DNA of 64,000 bases, from positions 66,071 through 130,070 of the forward strand of contig MCFE01000205.1 of assembly GCA_002104905.1 (NCBI GenBank), written 5' to 3'. Made by a program: the position numbers and the translations under genes. Shown piece after piece: positions 23,400 through 37,797 of the stretch. The notes beneath the pieces were generated by a model. It worked only from the letters and a program-made list of their open reading frames with translations, was not told the DNA's origin and did no database searches. How positions within the stretch are numbered: position 1 is the stretch's first letter; each line of letters starts with the position of its first letter. Source of the DNA: Basidiobolus meristosporus CBS 931.73. Its lineage: Eukaryota; Fungi; Basidiobolomycota.

Positions 23400-24400
23400 G
23401 CAGCTTCCTCAAGAGCCTGCCACAGGCAGAGCTGGGAGCTCAAAACAAGCCACAAAGAGACATTAGGTGGCTAGATGAGTGCTGGTAAGGGACAATAATG
23501 CAGAAATAGTTACACTATCACCTCATTTATCAAGGAAGTAACTGGAACAATACACAAGGCATGCAGCTGAAGTTGCAGAAAAAGGCCCTGTCAGTGATCA
23601 AAACAAGTGCCTTCCTCCAGATCCTGTTGCAAGCAGGGCTGGAAGCTCTAAACAGGTAGCAAAGAAACTTCATGTAGCTCAAAAAGTGCTGGTAGGGACT
23701 AGCACAAAGAATAAACAATTTGTCCACTACTGGCTCCTCATCCTCCATTACAGACAGAGTGGTGATCCCACTGACAAATAAAGCAACAGTGTCAAGAACT
23801 TAGAGGAGTATCAAGATGCCTACAGTGAAGTTTTGGATTAGTGATAAGCATGCTAAGTGGCTGTAGCACTTTGTTAAGAGTAGTACTCAAGAAGATGTAC
23901 CAAAATGTTTCAAGGAGTTATTGCAAAGAATGGCAGATGAGGTACTAGACCTTGGAGTGCTGGCTGAAGACTAGGATATATGGGAACCAGTAAATGAATA
24001 AGGGCATAATGCCATAGGGCTCCTACCAAAATAATGCTTAAAGAGCATTATGGCAGAAGCACTTATTGAATGGAGGATTTTAATAGATGTACTGGTTCAG
24101 TGTGAAGCTGGGCTCAATGTTGGTGTTGGGTATAGGGACTTGTATAGCTCAGTACTATTGACATTAGAGCTACAACTGAAGATCCAACAGAAATTTGCCA
24201 ATTGTATACATGAATAGTAAGAGTGATGGTTAAATCAGGAAGTAGGAGTGTGAAAAAGAGGCAATAGCCAATCAATGTACACGTATGTAGGTGGTGATTA
24301 AGTGTTTGGAATCAGAAAGTAAGAGAATAGGTAGAGAACCAAGGAAAAGCCACCTATGTATTGTTGTGATGAAAAATTTATTCTGGGTGACATAGTATGT
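23400..24400 (+). repeat. Dispersed repeat family R, copy 3 (approximate bounds)
   Basis: Reverse-complement similarity to 57130-58400 (WEPVNE...IEW.IL...GYRDLY.S...ELQLK frame conserved). Confidence 0.65.
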
Positions 24401-27385
24401 GGATCCCAATGCTTGTTGTAGGTACAGAGGAAACAAGAACTGACCATATGGTGCAGTGTACAAATGTTACAGGAGCCAGTAAATAAAAGGCAATACAGGT
24501 ATGGTGTTTAATAGAGTGACTTGTATACAACAGCTACCATTATCTTCCATAATGGCATGATGATCCTATCAGATGCTTGGCAGATATATGATGACATAGC
24601 TTATAAAGCATCTTCACCACTTTGAGATATAAGAGCACTGTCACAAAGCAGTGCTGTAATAGCATCTAATAATGATGTGTATATTGAATACAGATGGCTG
24701 ATGATGGACTCTGCTCCGCAAAATTTACTAGAGAGCAAGTGTCATAGTGCACATTTATGTTGCCTGAAATAACTACTGGTGAACCTCACACCTTATATGA
24801 GCTTAAATATCAAATCACCCATTTGGGAGTTACAGTACTGTATAAGACTGGCACATATGCTTAGAAGACCTCAAATGAGCCTTGCTGTCTTGGCAGTGCT
24901 TTTCTTAAGGATTTTTAGCATGTCACTTTCAAGCTTCAAGATAGTTGATTCCAGATTTCCAATGGTGCAGACCTGGATTTGTCACAGTTATGCAACCAAA
25001 ATATTCTACAGATGTGGATACCTATGTAGAGTGCCATAGCATCTTGATAGTTGATGAGTTTTTAGGCAGATCTGACTTGGGCCCCCATAGATGTTTTAGT
25101 GGTAATAAGCTTCTTATCATCTTGAAATAAATTTTACCTAAAATAACTTCAACAATCTCAACAATATGCCAACTGGAAATGAAAGAATCCAGCTACACTT
25201 TACTGCTCCAACTATTTTGCCTAATTTTGGTTTATATAGGATCCAACTTCTGGTTAGTGCCACATTCTGTAGTACTCATGAGTCATTGTGTTTGAAGATC
25301 ATATTGTATGAGAATTGGCAAAATCCTAACTGCTCAGCAAGAGCTCTATGAGCCAAATCACGGTTAGCACTCGAGAAAGAATGATCCAGAGGTGTAACAA
25401 ATGATATTTATTGCACCGCATTGCTTGTATACTCCACTTACATACATGGACCATGTAGGAAATTAATTTGGACTTATATTATGACACTGGGTCCATTCAT
25501 AAGAAACGGATCTGGGCCAAAAGGATAAAAATCGGCAAATCAAAGTAACACACGGATATCACCAATATGGCGTGACACTCATAGTAGGAATCCAGCATGA
25601 TGATCTTCTACGCAATGAATCCGAGGGAACTGGGCAGGTTGGCCAAACAATCCATCCCACTCCACCAATCGATGCACGATAATCACGGTTTCTTGTAAGC
25701 GCGCCAGTTCAATTTAATTTTGCTACGAAGCAGGCCTCACCTCGCCATATTGGGCCAATCGGAGATTCCACGCATTCACTACCAGGTTCTGGCCCAACTC
25801 TGGATACGGAACAACTGGCATCTCGTTGGCACCGGTACGCGGTCCATAGCACAAATGGGATGAATAAGATACGAAGGAACCTGACCAATCCCCATGCTCA
25901 TACCAACAGAAGAGATTTCGAAACCAGGAAAATGCATTCGTGTTCATGGCTGGTTAATCGCCACCTGGCTGATAATGACTGCATCGATGGCTGATTTCCA
26001 CATCTTCTGGTTGGCTCATACCATCGAGCTGGTGCCTGAGGCCCTCCCACCAATGGCTACCGCCACAAATCACACCCATTCCTTTGACCCCTGAGCTCAG
26101 GTGAGTGCAGTCTCAACCATGCACTCATGCAATCCCAGCAGCAATCTGGCCATGTGTGGCCTTGATGCTATAGCAGCCCGACAATAACTGACACAGCCAT
26201 TAGTCCCGAAAGCGCTTAGCTAGCTTCAAAATTGCCTGAACCGCATCCACGTGATTGGCGCCCGTAGTATCCTTCGTGGAGCGCGAGGAAACAGTGCCAG
26301 GAGGAATGGAAGTCGGCTTCAAGACGTTGAGTAGCGATGCCCAGCACTCCACCCGTCATACCTGCCGTTTTAAGAAAGGCACGACGGCTCTCATGGCCTT
26401 GCAGGGACTCCAGCTTGACTAGTGGGATCTGATAACAAACCAAGGAGACGCAACGTGGCTCACCACCAAACAATCCAGCTCCACGGCAACACATGTTGTT
26501 CCAGTGCGGTGTTGCCAACCAGAGACTGCAACACGCTTTCCGCCTACCTCGAGAGGAACACGACCGCCACACCAGGGTCGCTTTCGGGATGTTGCACCAA
26601 CCGAAATTAGCCCAGTGATGTGATTGGCATCATTCGTGATCCACAGAAGGCTCGACTCAAGGGGCTCGGCGATGGCTGATGCAATCATCAACATTTGTGT
26701 GTATTGCCTGCTTCCATGAGATTAGCCTGCATCCTCCTCAACGTACCTGGATTACATCACGCCGGATCCAAATGGGAATCCCTAGCTGTAGCTGGCTTGC
26801 AGATCCGAATCGAGTCCAACACCGCCGCCTCGACAACCTGAAGTGCAGGCACAAAATTAATCACCCAGATGAGTACGAGCGTCCATATCCGAGTGGATTC
26901 CGGTTCGGAGAACAACAACCAGGCGAGGCGGTTGGCGCCAGCTAATTTGGTGGATGGGGAATTAATGAATGCAGGCGGTGGGATGGAAAATTTTCCTCTA
27001 GTTTATACAAATTAAACTTTGGCCTCAGGAAATACCAGGAGTAGTTGGCACCTAGGTTGCATTTGCTGGGTTGCCTTATTTGGTCTTGTGGTCGTCTGAG
27101 CTGATAGCCTTGGAGGGGCTCACTCTACACGAAATGACGCCAATCAATATCGATTCAACGTTGGTTACATGGAATACATTCATGTCTATTTGTATTACTG
27201 TCATTTACCTGATGCTTGCCACTAATAAATATACCGCATCTACAGCCAATGGATTTTCCCTCTTGAGCCGTTGCTGAGTGACCAACCCTAACCACCTTCT
27301 CTGGCCTAGTCTCTAAATTCCCTATCCCTGCCCCGCCTCTGCGAACACCTTTATTCTCCAAGTCCCTCCCAATTCCGACACCCGG

Positions 27386-29722
27386 ATGTCCGACTTTTCC
27401 GATACTTCGGTACCGCCGTGCTTCCTAACTCCCCACCGGCCTTAGTCAGTGAACTCAACCCTTGCTCCCCTCTAGCAACGAGATGAGAACGTCGATTACG
27501 GTTGCCGTGCGGTGAAAGAGATCGCCGAGAGGAACCAGACTGAATTTGCCTCCATCATCACCTTTTTCAAACTACGGTAACCTCGGGTTTCTTTCGTCCC
27601 ACTGATCCCCCTTTGACAGAAGGACTGACGCGTTCGTAGTATGCAACTAGAGGAAGGCTACTATAGGGGTCTGGAGAGACTGACGAAGCGGCAAGAAAAT
27701 ACCACCCACGGGTAAACCCATAGCAACTACCCCATTTGGAAATGCCTGCCCTGTATTGACAGCACGTTTCCTCTGCCTCCGCCAGTGACATTACCACCTG
27801 CTCACACGCGTTCAGCGAGATAGTGGCCAGCAGCGAAAAGCTGGCCAAACACCACCAGAAGTTCATGCACACGCTGGAGCGGTTGATCATCGAGCCGTTA
27901 GCCCAAACAAAGGTAGCCAAAGTCCACGAGGAAACCCGGCTCTGCGTGGTCGACTGATGTCTTTGATTCAGGAATACCAACAAACCCGCCTCAACATCCT
28001 AAAGATCCGCGTGAAAGCGGTCACCAAGGAATACTCGGAGCTGAGAGCCCAACTGTTCCCCAAGGTAGTTAACCCCAAGTGCAATGACACCTCCACCGGC
28101 CCAGACTGACCTGACGACCCGGATTAGCTGCAGCGGAACTACATCGCCAAATGCAAAGACTACTACGAACGCTCCATGGAGGACGACGAGGAAGGGGCCG
28201 ATTTGGTAAGAGCCCTGAACACCAACAAGGCCACCAAGGTTGGTTTTCTCGGGAATCGCTCATCTCTCACGGGACACTAACCCGACGCTTGCCACCGATC
28301 CAGTTTCTGCAAAAGCAAGCGAAAGCTCGCAAGGAAATGGAGGCCGCCGGTAAGGAATACCCTGTAATATGGTCAAAGTGCATTGGCTGACGCGACCCCA
28401 TGCTAGACGAGGAGTACCGTCGAGGTGTGCAAGCACTGGAGCGTGTTCGCCAACGGCACATCGAGGTGATGAAGCTGGCCCACGAGGAGTGTCGCAGGCT
28501 GGAGAGCCAGCGGTTCGACGCCATCAAGAACGGCCTGAATATCTTCCAACAATCCGAATACGCGCTATGCGAGAAGTCGAAAGTGGTAAGCGTCCGGGCA
28601 ACCATGCTAATCCCCTCGCTGCACAACCAGCCTAACTGACCCATCCGTACCAGCTCTCGGAAAACATCAACATGTTTGTTTCGTGCATCAAGCCGACCAT
28701 CGACGTGGAGCTGTCCATGGCCAAGCTGATGACCGGGAAATCGGTCTCCCCGGCGCCAGTCTACTATGAGAACTACCATGCCGGAACGACAAAAGGTTTT
28801 CCCCACACAAACACCCATCCCCCAAGATCATTCCTGACTTTTGCCTCGCGTCGTGGACAGAGCTGATCTTTGGGATTTCCCTCAGCGAGCATTACGAGAA
28901 GAAGCTTTGCACCGTCCCGTATATCGTGGAGAAGTGCATCGGCCTAATCGAAGAGCAGGGTAGGTCACCGGTCTGCCCTCTGGCCCCACCGGCCCCCATG
29001 CTAACCCTCTCCCTAGGTCTAGAGAAACAAGGGCTGTACCGCGTTTCGGGCAAGAAGGCCCAGATCGAAAATCTGCGCCACGCCTTCGAGCAGGATGAGA
29101 ACATCAGCATCGGCAGCGAGGTGAACGTATCGGCGCTGACCAGTTTGCTGAAAAGTTACTTCTTGAAGCTGCCCGAGCCGCTGTTCACCTTCCCATCCGA
29201 TCGCAGAATCGAATACTCCAGTAAGTGCGCGCGGGATCAGGGGCCGGACGACAGGATGCTAATGAGACCCATCTCCCCTGTAGAAATCAAGGATGAATTC
29301 ATCCGGCTGGAGTTTCTTCGTCAGGAGCTGAAGCTGCTAGCTCCCCCGCACTACGACACCCTTCGCTGCGTGGTGAACCATCTGGGCCGGTAGGTGCACC
29401 ATGTCCCTATTCGATGAGGGCCAGTTGAGCCTTAATACATATACTATGCAGGATTGCCGCGCATGCGGACACGAACAAGATGACCCCCTACAATCTGTCC
29501 TTGATCTTCACCCCGGTGATCTTCCAGGACACACCGGAGACCAAGCGGGCCAACTCCATCTACGAGTGGCAGTACGACAGCGTACTGGAGGACATGATTG
29601 TTCACACTGCCAAGGTCTTCGACATCCCCCCGTTCGCCCAACTCAACAAGCCCTTGGCGAAGTCGAGGACCACCAGCAAGGTCGGGAACATCTTTCGTCT
29701 GTTTCCGGGATACGCCAAGTGA
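27386..29722 (+). CDS. Multi-exon F-BAR (FCH) + RhoGAP protein, Rgd1-like architecture (~12 exons, short GT-AG introns; start inferred)
   Basis: Exons DYGCRAVKEIAERNQTEFASIITFFKLR, QLEEGYYRGLERL, LIFGISL, VPYIVEKCI, GLYRVSG (arginine finger), LLKSYFLKLPEPL, NKMTPYNLSLIFTP; stop at 29720-29722. Confidence 0.88.
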
Positions 29723-31923
29723 GAGTCCCTCCAACTCTGTTCGACGCCCACCTCACGGGTGCCGAAGATATTGGCTGGCCATCTATCGCCCCTAGGATGG
29801 GCTCAAGCAAACTGCAGCGCTCCCTCGTCTTGCCATCTGCAACACGGGGAGTCTTTGTCCTCTTTGGGTCACCATCATTCATCCTTTCCACCCCACCCGA
29901 CACCGACCTTGACCCTCGCCTTCGTCTCCATCCATCTCACCCTCACCTTTACTATCACCTTACTTTCACCTCACGTTCGTTTACTATCAACCTTACTTTC
30001 AACTCACCTGTAAATATGCCTCCGATCCAAAGTTGGCTTAATTTTGGTAATCCATCTAATTAATTATGTACGCCGCTTGTCATGTGAGCCCGACGGATCA
30101 TGTGGCCAAGCGTAATTTATTCTGCGCAAATTTGTGCCAAGCAAAACATGCGCACTCATCTCCCCTGTACCATCATGGCGCATATATCGTAATAAACTAG
30201 TGTAATCCATTCCTTCGACAAACTTCTGGTCACCCACGGGCGACGCGGCATACGGATGCTGGACACCAGCGTGCCCACCGCTGAGAGGATGTGACTATCT
30301 CTTCTTGTCCACCTCTTAAACTAACCGCCTGCATCTGCCCCCAAGCCAGGTTGATTGGGGTCGGATGGCGCCTCTTCCATGATGCTCCTTCACCAATCTC
30401 CATGTGTGTTCTGCTGATTAGGAAACGGATTGTGCTCATGATGGACTTGTCGCAAACCGAGATTTATGTTCCAAGGATTTGCTGTCACCGAGAGGACCCC
30501 TCACGGGGGGTTACCACGGCCCTTATGATGGTGACGATGTGCAGATCGTAACGCTTCTTTGACGAGCTTAGAGTCAGGGGATTTTTCTAGTTTGAACTAG
30601 TATACCTGCCCAAATCATGCTCTCATTTTGTTGGGGTGAGTTTCTATGCTTCCCAGACTGGTTGCCAAATGCATGATGCTTCAGGTCAACTGGCAGCAAT
30701 CAAGTATCTGAGAGTGATGTCTCCATATACACTTTCCTTTCTGTGGCTTTTGCCTTCTTTTTCTCAACTGTCCATCCGACTAGGATGCATCATGTCACAC
30801 TGTACCATTAAAAATGCTCTTTAGTAACCAGAATCATTTTGTCAACTAGAAGCTTTTGAGTTGTTGACAATGATCAGTTTCCATCTGGCTCAGTCATGTA
30901 GAAAGTGTTGTAAAAATTTGTATTTCCACCTAAATATTCACCTAACTTAGTCACTTGGATCATTACCTTCATACCCTAGAGAATACTAACCAAATTCCTT
31001 GTTGGGATTTACTTGGATTATTTTCCCCAAAATACCAGGTACCCAGAAAATTAAAATTCTCAAAGATGTCCAAACAGCCCCAAACTTTGCACACATGTTC
31101 TTGGGACCTTCCTTAACCTATTCTACATGTTTGTAATGTCTACTACTGCTATTACTGGAATTTTCCCCTCTCCTGAATAATTGGATGGATCTAACTACCA
31201 AGTGTGGAAGGTGAAGATGAAGATGCTGCTACAAGAAAGAGGCCCATGGGATATTGTAATGGGAGAAGAATGGCTCCTAAAAACGTGGGAGTGGAAGCCT
31301 TGAAGTACCAGAAGAAAGAACAAAGTGCCTTTGACTGCATATGCCGTAATGTTAAAGACAAATTGCTAATTCAATGCTCAAGAGCAAAAATGGCAAAGAA
31401 TGCCTGGAAGGCATTAGAAGACACCTACCAGTCATGTTCAGCTGCTAAGAAAATGTATCTGAGACAAAAATTCTTTACTACAAAGATGCTGCCAGGAGAA
31501 GTAGTGAAAAATCTAATTAACAGAATTACCCTGCTGGTAGATAAGTTGGAATCTGTGGGCATACCAACTACTGATGAGGATGTAATAGTCACCATCCTGA
31601 ATAGCCTGACAGACAAGGTTCAGGGCCTTGTATCAGCCCTAGAGTCCAGAACTGAAGATTTGACCTTAAATTACATATATGGAAGGCTCCTGGATGAAGA
31701 ATTAAGAAAATCAACTGCAAATAAGAAGGAAGAAGAAAATGCTTTAATAAGCAATGATAACCAACAAAGGAGGTACCCTAAACCTTACAAAGGTAACAGT
31801 AACCTGTTTTGTAACTACTGCAAAAGGAAAGGACACAAATCAGACTGGTGTCTCAAAAAGTAAGATAATCAGCAAAATAAGCCTGAATATGGAAATGCTG
31901 CAACAACTGAAAATAGACTATTC

Positions 31924-33399
31924 ATGTCTGCACTAAATATGACTACAAACAAGGATTCTCAGATGTGGTATATTGACTCTGGAGCATCTCAACACTTTAC
32001 ACACCAAAAAGAACATTTTACCCAATATCAAGAAACTCCAATTAAGAAGGTTTTCATGGGTGACAATAGAACGTTTGATGCAGTGGGAGAAGGAACTATC
32101 CAAGTAAACCTAAGAAGCAGTGAAGGAAGCCATACACTGACATTTAAAGAAGTTCTCTATGTACCAGAAATAGCCAAGAACCTACTATCTGTAAGCAAGG
32201 CCACTGCAGAAGGACTCAGTTTCAGCTTTGACAATTCTGGATGCAAGATCACTGATCAAAATGGTGCCCATATTGCTTTGGGTATCAGAGATCAGAATCT
32301 ATACAAGTTGACTTATATTCCATCATATTTGGAAGCCAATATAAGTAACTTAAATGAAGAAACACCAATGCTTTGGCACAGGAGATTTGGGTGCATCAAT
32401 TTTGATTATTTGCGCAAAATGATCAAAGATCAGCTAATTTCTGGAGCAAAAATTGATTCCCCAGCCAATTTGGAGCACTGTGAGGCCTGCATATATGGGA
32501 AACAAGCCAGAAAACTGTTCAAGAGCTCTTGGTTAATCAAAACTAAGAAAAAATTAGTTCTAATTCACTCAGATCTGTGTGGACCTATGCAAAATTTATC
32601 CTTAGGTGGGATGAAGTACTTAATCACTTTTATTGATGATTATACAAAATACACATGGGTATACTTCATGAAGAGAAAGGAAGAAGTTCTGTCTAAGCTC
32701 AGGGAGTTCAAAGCCATGGTGGAGAGAGACACTGGTGAAAAAATCAAGAAAATATGCTCTGACAAAGGTGGAGAATATACCTCAAAACTCTTCATCCACT
32801 TCTGCAGAATTCATGGGATAAAGCAAGAGACTACTGTACCATACTCCCCACAGCAAAATGGAGTAGCAGAACAAGCTAACAGATCAATAATTGATATGGC
32901 AAGATCTATGATTGATGATCAAAAATTATCCTATGATTTTTGAGTGGAATCAGTTGCCACTGCTGTATATCTTAAAAATAGGAGTTATAACAGAATACTT
33001 TGTGATTCTACTCCATTTGAAGCATGGTATGGATACAGATCAAGGGCAGATCATCTAAGAGTATTTGGGTGTACAGCATATGCCAAGAAACTGCCCGGAA
33101 ATCAGTCAAAAATCAAGCCAAAAAGTGTAAAATGCATATTTTTGGGCTTTTGCAATGAGAGTAAAGCATACAGACTCTACAGTACCAAAGCAAAGAAGCT
33201 AATCAAGTCCAGGGATGTGTTGTTTGATGAAAATTTAAAATTTTCACAAAAAATGACATCAGATGATGACAAAAATTTTATCTCAAGTCCACCAATTGTC
33301 AGGATTGAATCAGAGCAAAACAATGTAATTTTTTCACTCCAGAGGACTCTACATTCATGGTTCAGCCAGGATCAGTGCCCAGGGATATCCCAGAAGTGA
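31924..33399 (+). pseudogene. Copia protease-integrase region (stop at 32941-32943)
   Basis: ORFs 31924-32943 and 32944-33399 are contiguous in frame. Confidence 0.9.
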
Positions 33400-34295
33400 T
33401 CATTCCAGTATCAAATGCGTGGAGATCCAATTGGACAAGAAATAGCCCAGATTACTATATCAATGTGGGTACAAACTTAGCCTATGCCTATTCAGTCCAT
33501 ATTAATGAACCCCAGACTGTAAAAGAGGCCCTAAATAGCCCTCAGATAAAGTTTTGGAGATCTGCAATGACTGAGGAATATCTGGCCCTGATGGAAAATC
33601 AAACTTGGGACTTGGTCAAATTACCAATCAACCAAATATCAATTGGATGCAGTTGGGTCTTCTAGACAAAATACAAGGCTGATGGTACAATTGAAGGATA
33701 CAAAGCAAGACTTGAAGCCAAAGGATACTTGCAAACAAAAGGACTTCACTATACTGAGACCTTTGCACCGGTAGCCAAGTTTAATTCCATCAGATTAATA
33801 TTAGCTATTGCAGCCAAATATAAGTTATTTATTCATCAAATATAAGTAGAAGCAGCATTTTTGAATGGAGAACTTGATGAGGACATGTATATGGACAAGT
33901 CTGATGGGTTTGTTGACCAAGATAACCCCCATTTGGTCTGCAAGCTTAAAAAGTTACTATATGGTCCCACAATCACTGAGAGCCTGAAATTGCAAGATAG
34001 ATTCTTATTTGGAATCATTGAGTTTCAAAAGGAGTAATGCTGACTATAGTATATACTATTAGCCAGATAGAGCAGATCCCATCTATTAGCTCTATATGTG
34101 GATGATCTTACTATAGCCACCAATAACCTAGAAACATTGGAAGAGACAAAATCCAGCTTATCCAAGGAGTTCAAGATGTCCAATCTAGGAAAACTCAGTT
34201 ACTAACTAGGGATTAAGTTCTCCATAGACAGAAGTACCCAGACTATTACCCTAAGCCAGTCCAAGTATATTCAAGATATACTAAAGAAGTGCAAA

Positions 34296-35015
34296 ATGGA
34301 AGACTGTAAACCAGCAGCTACCCCAATGGAGACAAACCTTAACTTGGTCAAAACTCAACCAAATCAAGAGAGCTTGGTGCCATCTGAAAGCCCTGACTTT
34401 CCTTATCAATCAATGGTTGGCAGTCCGATGTATATTATGCTTGGAACACATCTAGATGTCTCATATTCAGTGGGAGTTGTCAGCCAACATAATCAGAACT
34501 ATGGATCTGGATATATTGCAGCAGTTAAGCGGATTTTTAAATACCTAAAAGGAACTGCTGATATCTACCTAAGCTACACTTATAAGGATTCAGAACAGGA
34601 TCTTGTGGGATATTCTGATGCTGATTGGGGACAAAATATAGAAGACAGAAGTTCCACAACAGGATACACCTTTTTTTACTGTCAAAGAGCAATTACATGG
34701 AATTCAAGAAAGCAACCAACCATAGCACTCTCTACCACAGAGGCAGGGTACATGGCAGCCTGTGAAGCTACAAAAGAAGCAATGTGGTTAAGAAAGCTGT
34801 TTACAGATTTAGACAAATGTCAAAAGAAGCCTATTACTTTATTTCAAGATAATCAAGGATGTATACAATTAGGTAGAAATCCAACTTTTCATGCTGGAAC
34901 AAAGCACATAGATATTAGACATCATTTCATATGTGAAACTATAGAGAATAACTTAGCTAGCTTAGTTTACTATCCTACAGATGAAATGATTGCAGACATA
35001 TTCACCAAACCATGA
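34296..35015 (+). pseudogene. Copia RT C-terminus + RNase H
   Basis: CKPAATPME, YQSMVGS, AVKRIFKYLKGT, GYSDADW, STTEAGY, DNQGCI, MIADIFTKP. Confidence 0.9.
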
Positions 35016-35086
35016 GCTAGAGACAAGTTTGAATATCTTAGGTAAAAATTAGGACTAGTCAGTATGAACATTTAGCTGAGTGGGAG

Positions 35087-35435
35087 TGTTATAAAAATTT
35101 GTATTTCCACCTAAATATTCACCTAACTTAGTCACTTGGATCATTACCTTCATATCCTAGAGAATACTGACCAAATTCCTTGTTGGGATTTACTTGGAAT
35201 ATTTTCACCAAAATACCAGGTACCCAGAACATCAAAATTCTCAAAGTTGTCCAAACAGCGCCAAACTTTGCACACATGTTCTTGGGACCTTCCTTAACCT
35301 ATTCTACATGCTTGCTATGCCAAGACCAGGTAAAAGTATAAATACTTCTCTTATATTCAATAAACCATCAAGTGAAAACCACATAATCTACTTGTTCTCC
35401 CAATCACTTCCAATAGCTCCAAGACTCTTACAACA
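35087..35435 (+). mobile_element. 3' LTR (349 bp) of the copia element
   Basis: TGTTATAAAA...CTTACAACA after the PPT; homologous to 30906-31135, 39657-40003, 42153-42499 and 42859-43207. Confidence 0.9.
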
Positions 35436-35899
35436 GAAATATCCAGCTGCAAGCTGAACTTTATTGTGACCTCCTGCCAAGTAGTTAAATGTATATAGAT
35501 TATAGGTGGGAGTGAGGCTTATGGTATTATAGGCATTTGTGGATGCAATACAATAATAACAATAATCAGTAAAGAAGACACTTCAATGCTACTTCTAAAC
35601 TTGATATATCCTCAGTGAGAGCCACACAATCCACTTCTTCTCCCAAGTGCTCAGTATTACCAATACTCTCACAACACTTAGAGCCTTCCTTGATGTTCTT
35701 TATATGTCCAACTATCAAAGACCATGTATAATATCAAGTACTACTCCCCCATGGGATCAGGGAATTATGGCCAGATTCCTTGCTGTGACTTGGAATAGTT
35801 TGGCCTAAGCATTGGGCACCTAGGATGCAAGTGACATAGTAAAAAAAACTATAGCCTCCTGCTTGCTAACCTGTACATACACACACATACCTGCTGCAT

Positions 35900-37530
35900 T
35901 GAAACACTTCTATCTCCTCAACTTTACAGCTTTTTAGTGTGCTGCTTGCAAAGTTGCCATATATCTTGAATTGCTGGTTACATATACATCTTGCAAACAT
36001 ATGCTTGGATGCCACTGCTTTGCCATAAATACCTCCTCAATATCTGCAAGGAACTTTTTGGTATTTAACCAGTATATTCCTTCTCCCTGCGGGATTCAAA
36101 TCCCCATTATAGGCACACTCTGGCTCTTGTGTGTGTAAGTTCCTTATTGAATGGTATAGAAATTGACTTGTGGCCAAGACAAGCCAGGCATACTATGGTA
36201 AAGCTGTCCTAATAGAAATTAGTAGCTTGTTGCACCCAACTCAACTTTTCAAACCTAACTCATTACCTGCACATTGGGGCTGCTTAGCCTCTTTATGCTA
36301 AAGGTACAGGTGCCTCCATGTGCACATCTGTCCTCACCATTTTCCAACTCTTCCTGGCTGTTCTGCACATGCCAACTCATCACATCCATAATGGCTTTGA
36401 AGGATATCCTCATGATGAGATTAGGATATGGTAGTACCTGCAACTTGACTTGTTTTCCTATCTCCCCATGTATCTGCTCCATAAGAAGCTCCCAAAAGGT
36501 GAAGCAAGGCCCATTATTTTTCACACACCAAGCAAGATGGAGTAGAGAATGGGAACAGGAGTGGCAGAGATTAATGTGCTCATCTTTGTGCTTGAGTACA
36601 GTCACTCAAATCCTGACATAAACTCCTTGCGTAAAAGCTGTAGATGTGTCAAGCTGACATTGGTGATCCGCTTCTGAATATATATTCCTACAATGTCAAG
36701 ATATGACTCCCAAGGCCTCCAATGTACTCTTGGTAGAAATGATTTCATAAGGCCACTTGAATATACACATATCCTGCTCATCCAGTCCTTGCATTTGTAT
36801 TGTGACATATGCATGTGAATATTGATTGGAGCCTGCAAGATAAACATTGGGTGGCACAAACTCTGCAATATCCTGCTGATTCTTTCAAGTTTCTCCGGTA
36901 TCTTGAAGGGCTTATTCAGCTTGGAATGCCCCATGTACAACTTGGTTATTAGTATTGCAATATTGTTAAAAGCAAACTCATTACTTTCAGGGGAATGCCT
37001 TTGCCCCATCAGATACCATCTATCTTGAGTATCTCTAGTTTCCAATTAGCTCCATGTTCTGGCCAATGGCATATAGCTTGCCAGCTCAACTGCAACTGCA
37101 TGCCAACTTCTGTGCATTCTCTCTGTGGGAAGATGATTTTCTTGGGGCTGGTGTTTTGATGATCATAATGTGTGTGCATTTTGGAATAAATCCCTTGAAT
37201 CTCACACATTCAACAGCAATACCATCCATTATGCCCACAAAAGCTGGCTATCTTGCTGATGGCTGGGGTATCTCCAGTTTTGATAATATTATGCTCTTTG
37301 ATATGAGGCCATTTAGGAGTATCCTGCTGGGCAGCATACCTATTCATCCAGCAATGGATACAGGTAGCTGTCAAGGTAGGACAGTGATTTGGGCCTAGAT
37401 ACCACTGAGACTACTATCAAAATCTTGATGTCTCCTCCTCCCACAAAGATCTTAATGGTCTCAAACATCTTTCTGTTTATTGGATCATAAATAATCTGTT
37501 GCCACTCAAAATATGGCAGAGAATACAAAT
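35900..37530 (-). pseudogene. Degenerate CACTA/En-Spm-like transposase relic, copy 2 (approximate bounds)
   Basis: HINLC...HSLLHL...GPCFTFWELLME..HGEIGKQVK...PYPNL; inverse homologue of 21.2-22.7 kb. Confidence 0.6.
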
Positions 37531-37665
37531 ACTGGAGCTGTTAGCCACCATTCTGAGCTACCAATTAGTGTAAGTAGATATCAGAAACAAGCTCCCAGAA
37601 TTGTAGAGATCCTGATAATATATAATACATAAACTTACGTATACTGTGGATAAATACTACTTAAT

Positions 37666-37740
37666 AGACTTGTTGCATTGGATAGTGTCACAGTGAGCAA
37701 CCAATGCAAATAGTGTTATAGTGTACTAGAGTGTCATAAC
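37666..37740. mobile_element. Orphan PHIS TIR fragment
   Basis: (aat)agacttgttgcattggatagtgtcac, a degenerate match to the family TIR. Confidence 0.55.
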
Positions 37741-37797
37741 AGACCCTCACTCTGCCATGAAAGGTGAAACTTAACTTTACATCATCATGTAAGGCAG

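Larger units (their letters stand above)
30906..35435 (+). mobile_element. Near-full-length degenerate Ty1/copia retrotransposon; 5' LTR has lost its U5 and PBS; flanks GAAAG/GAAAT
   Basis: gag (CNYCKRKGH...C), protease WYIDSGASQH, integrase HSDLCGP...SDKGGEY...QQNGVAE, RT, RNase H GYSDADW...KHIDIRHHF; PPT gctgagtgggag; LTRs at 30906 and 35087. Confidence 0.92.

Noticed and set aside
28267-30063. Long ORFs 28267-28818 (-), 29444-29734 (-) and 29401-30063 (+) as separate genes
   Set aside because: Shadow or alternate frames over GC-rich RhoGAP exons and 3' UTR; no motifs
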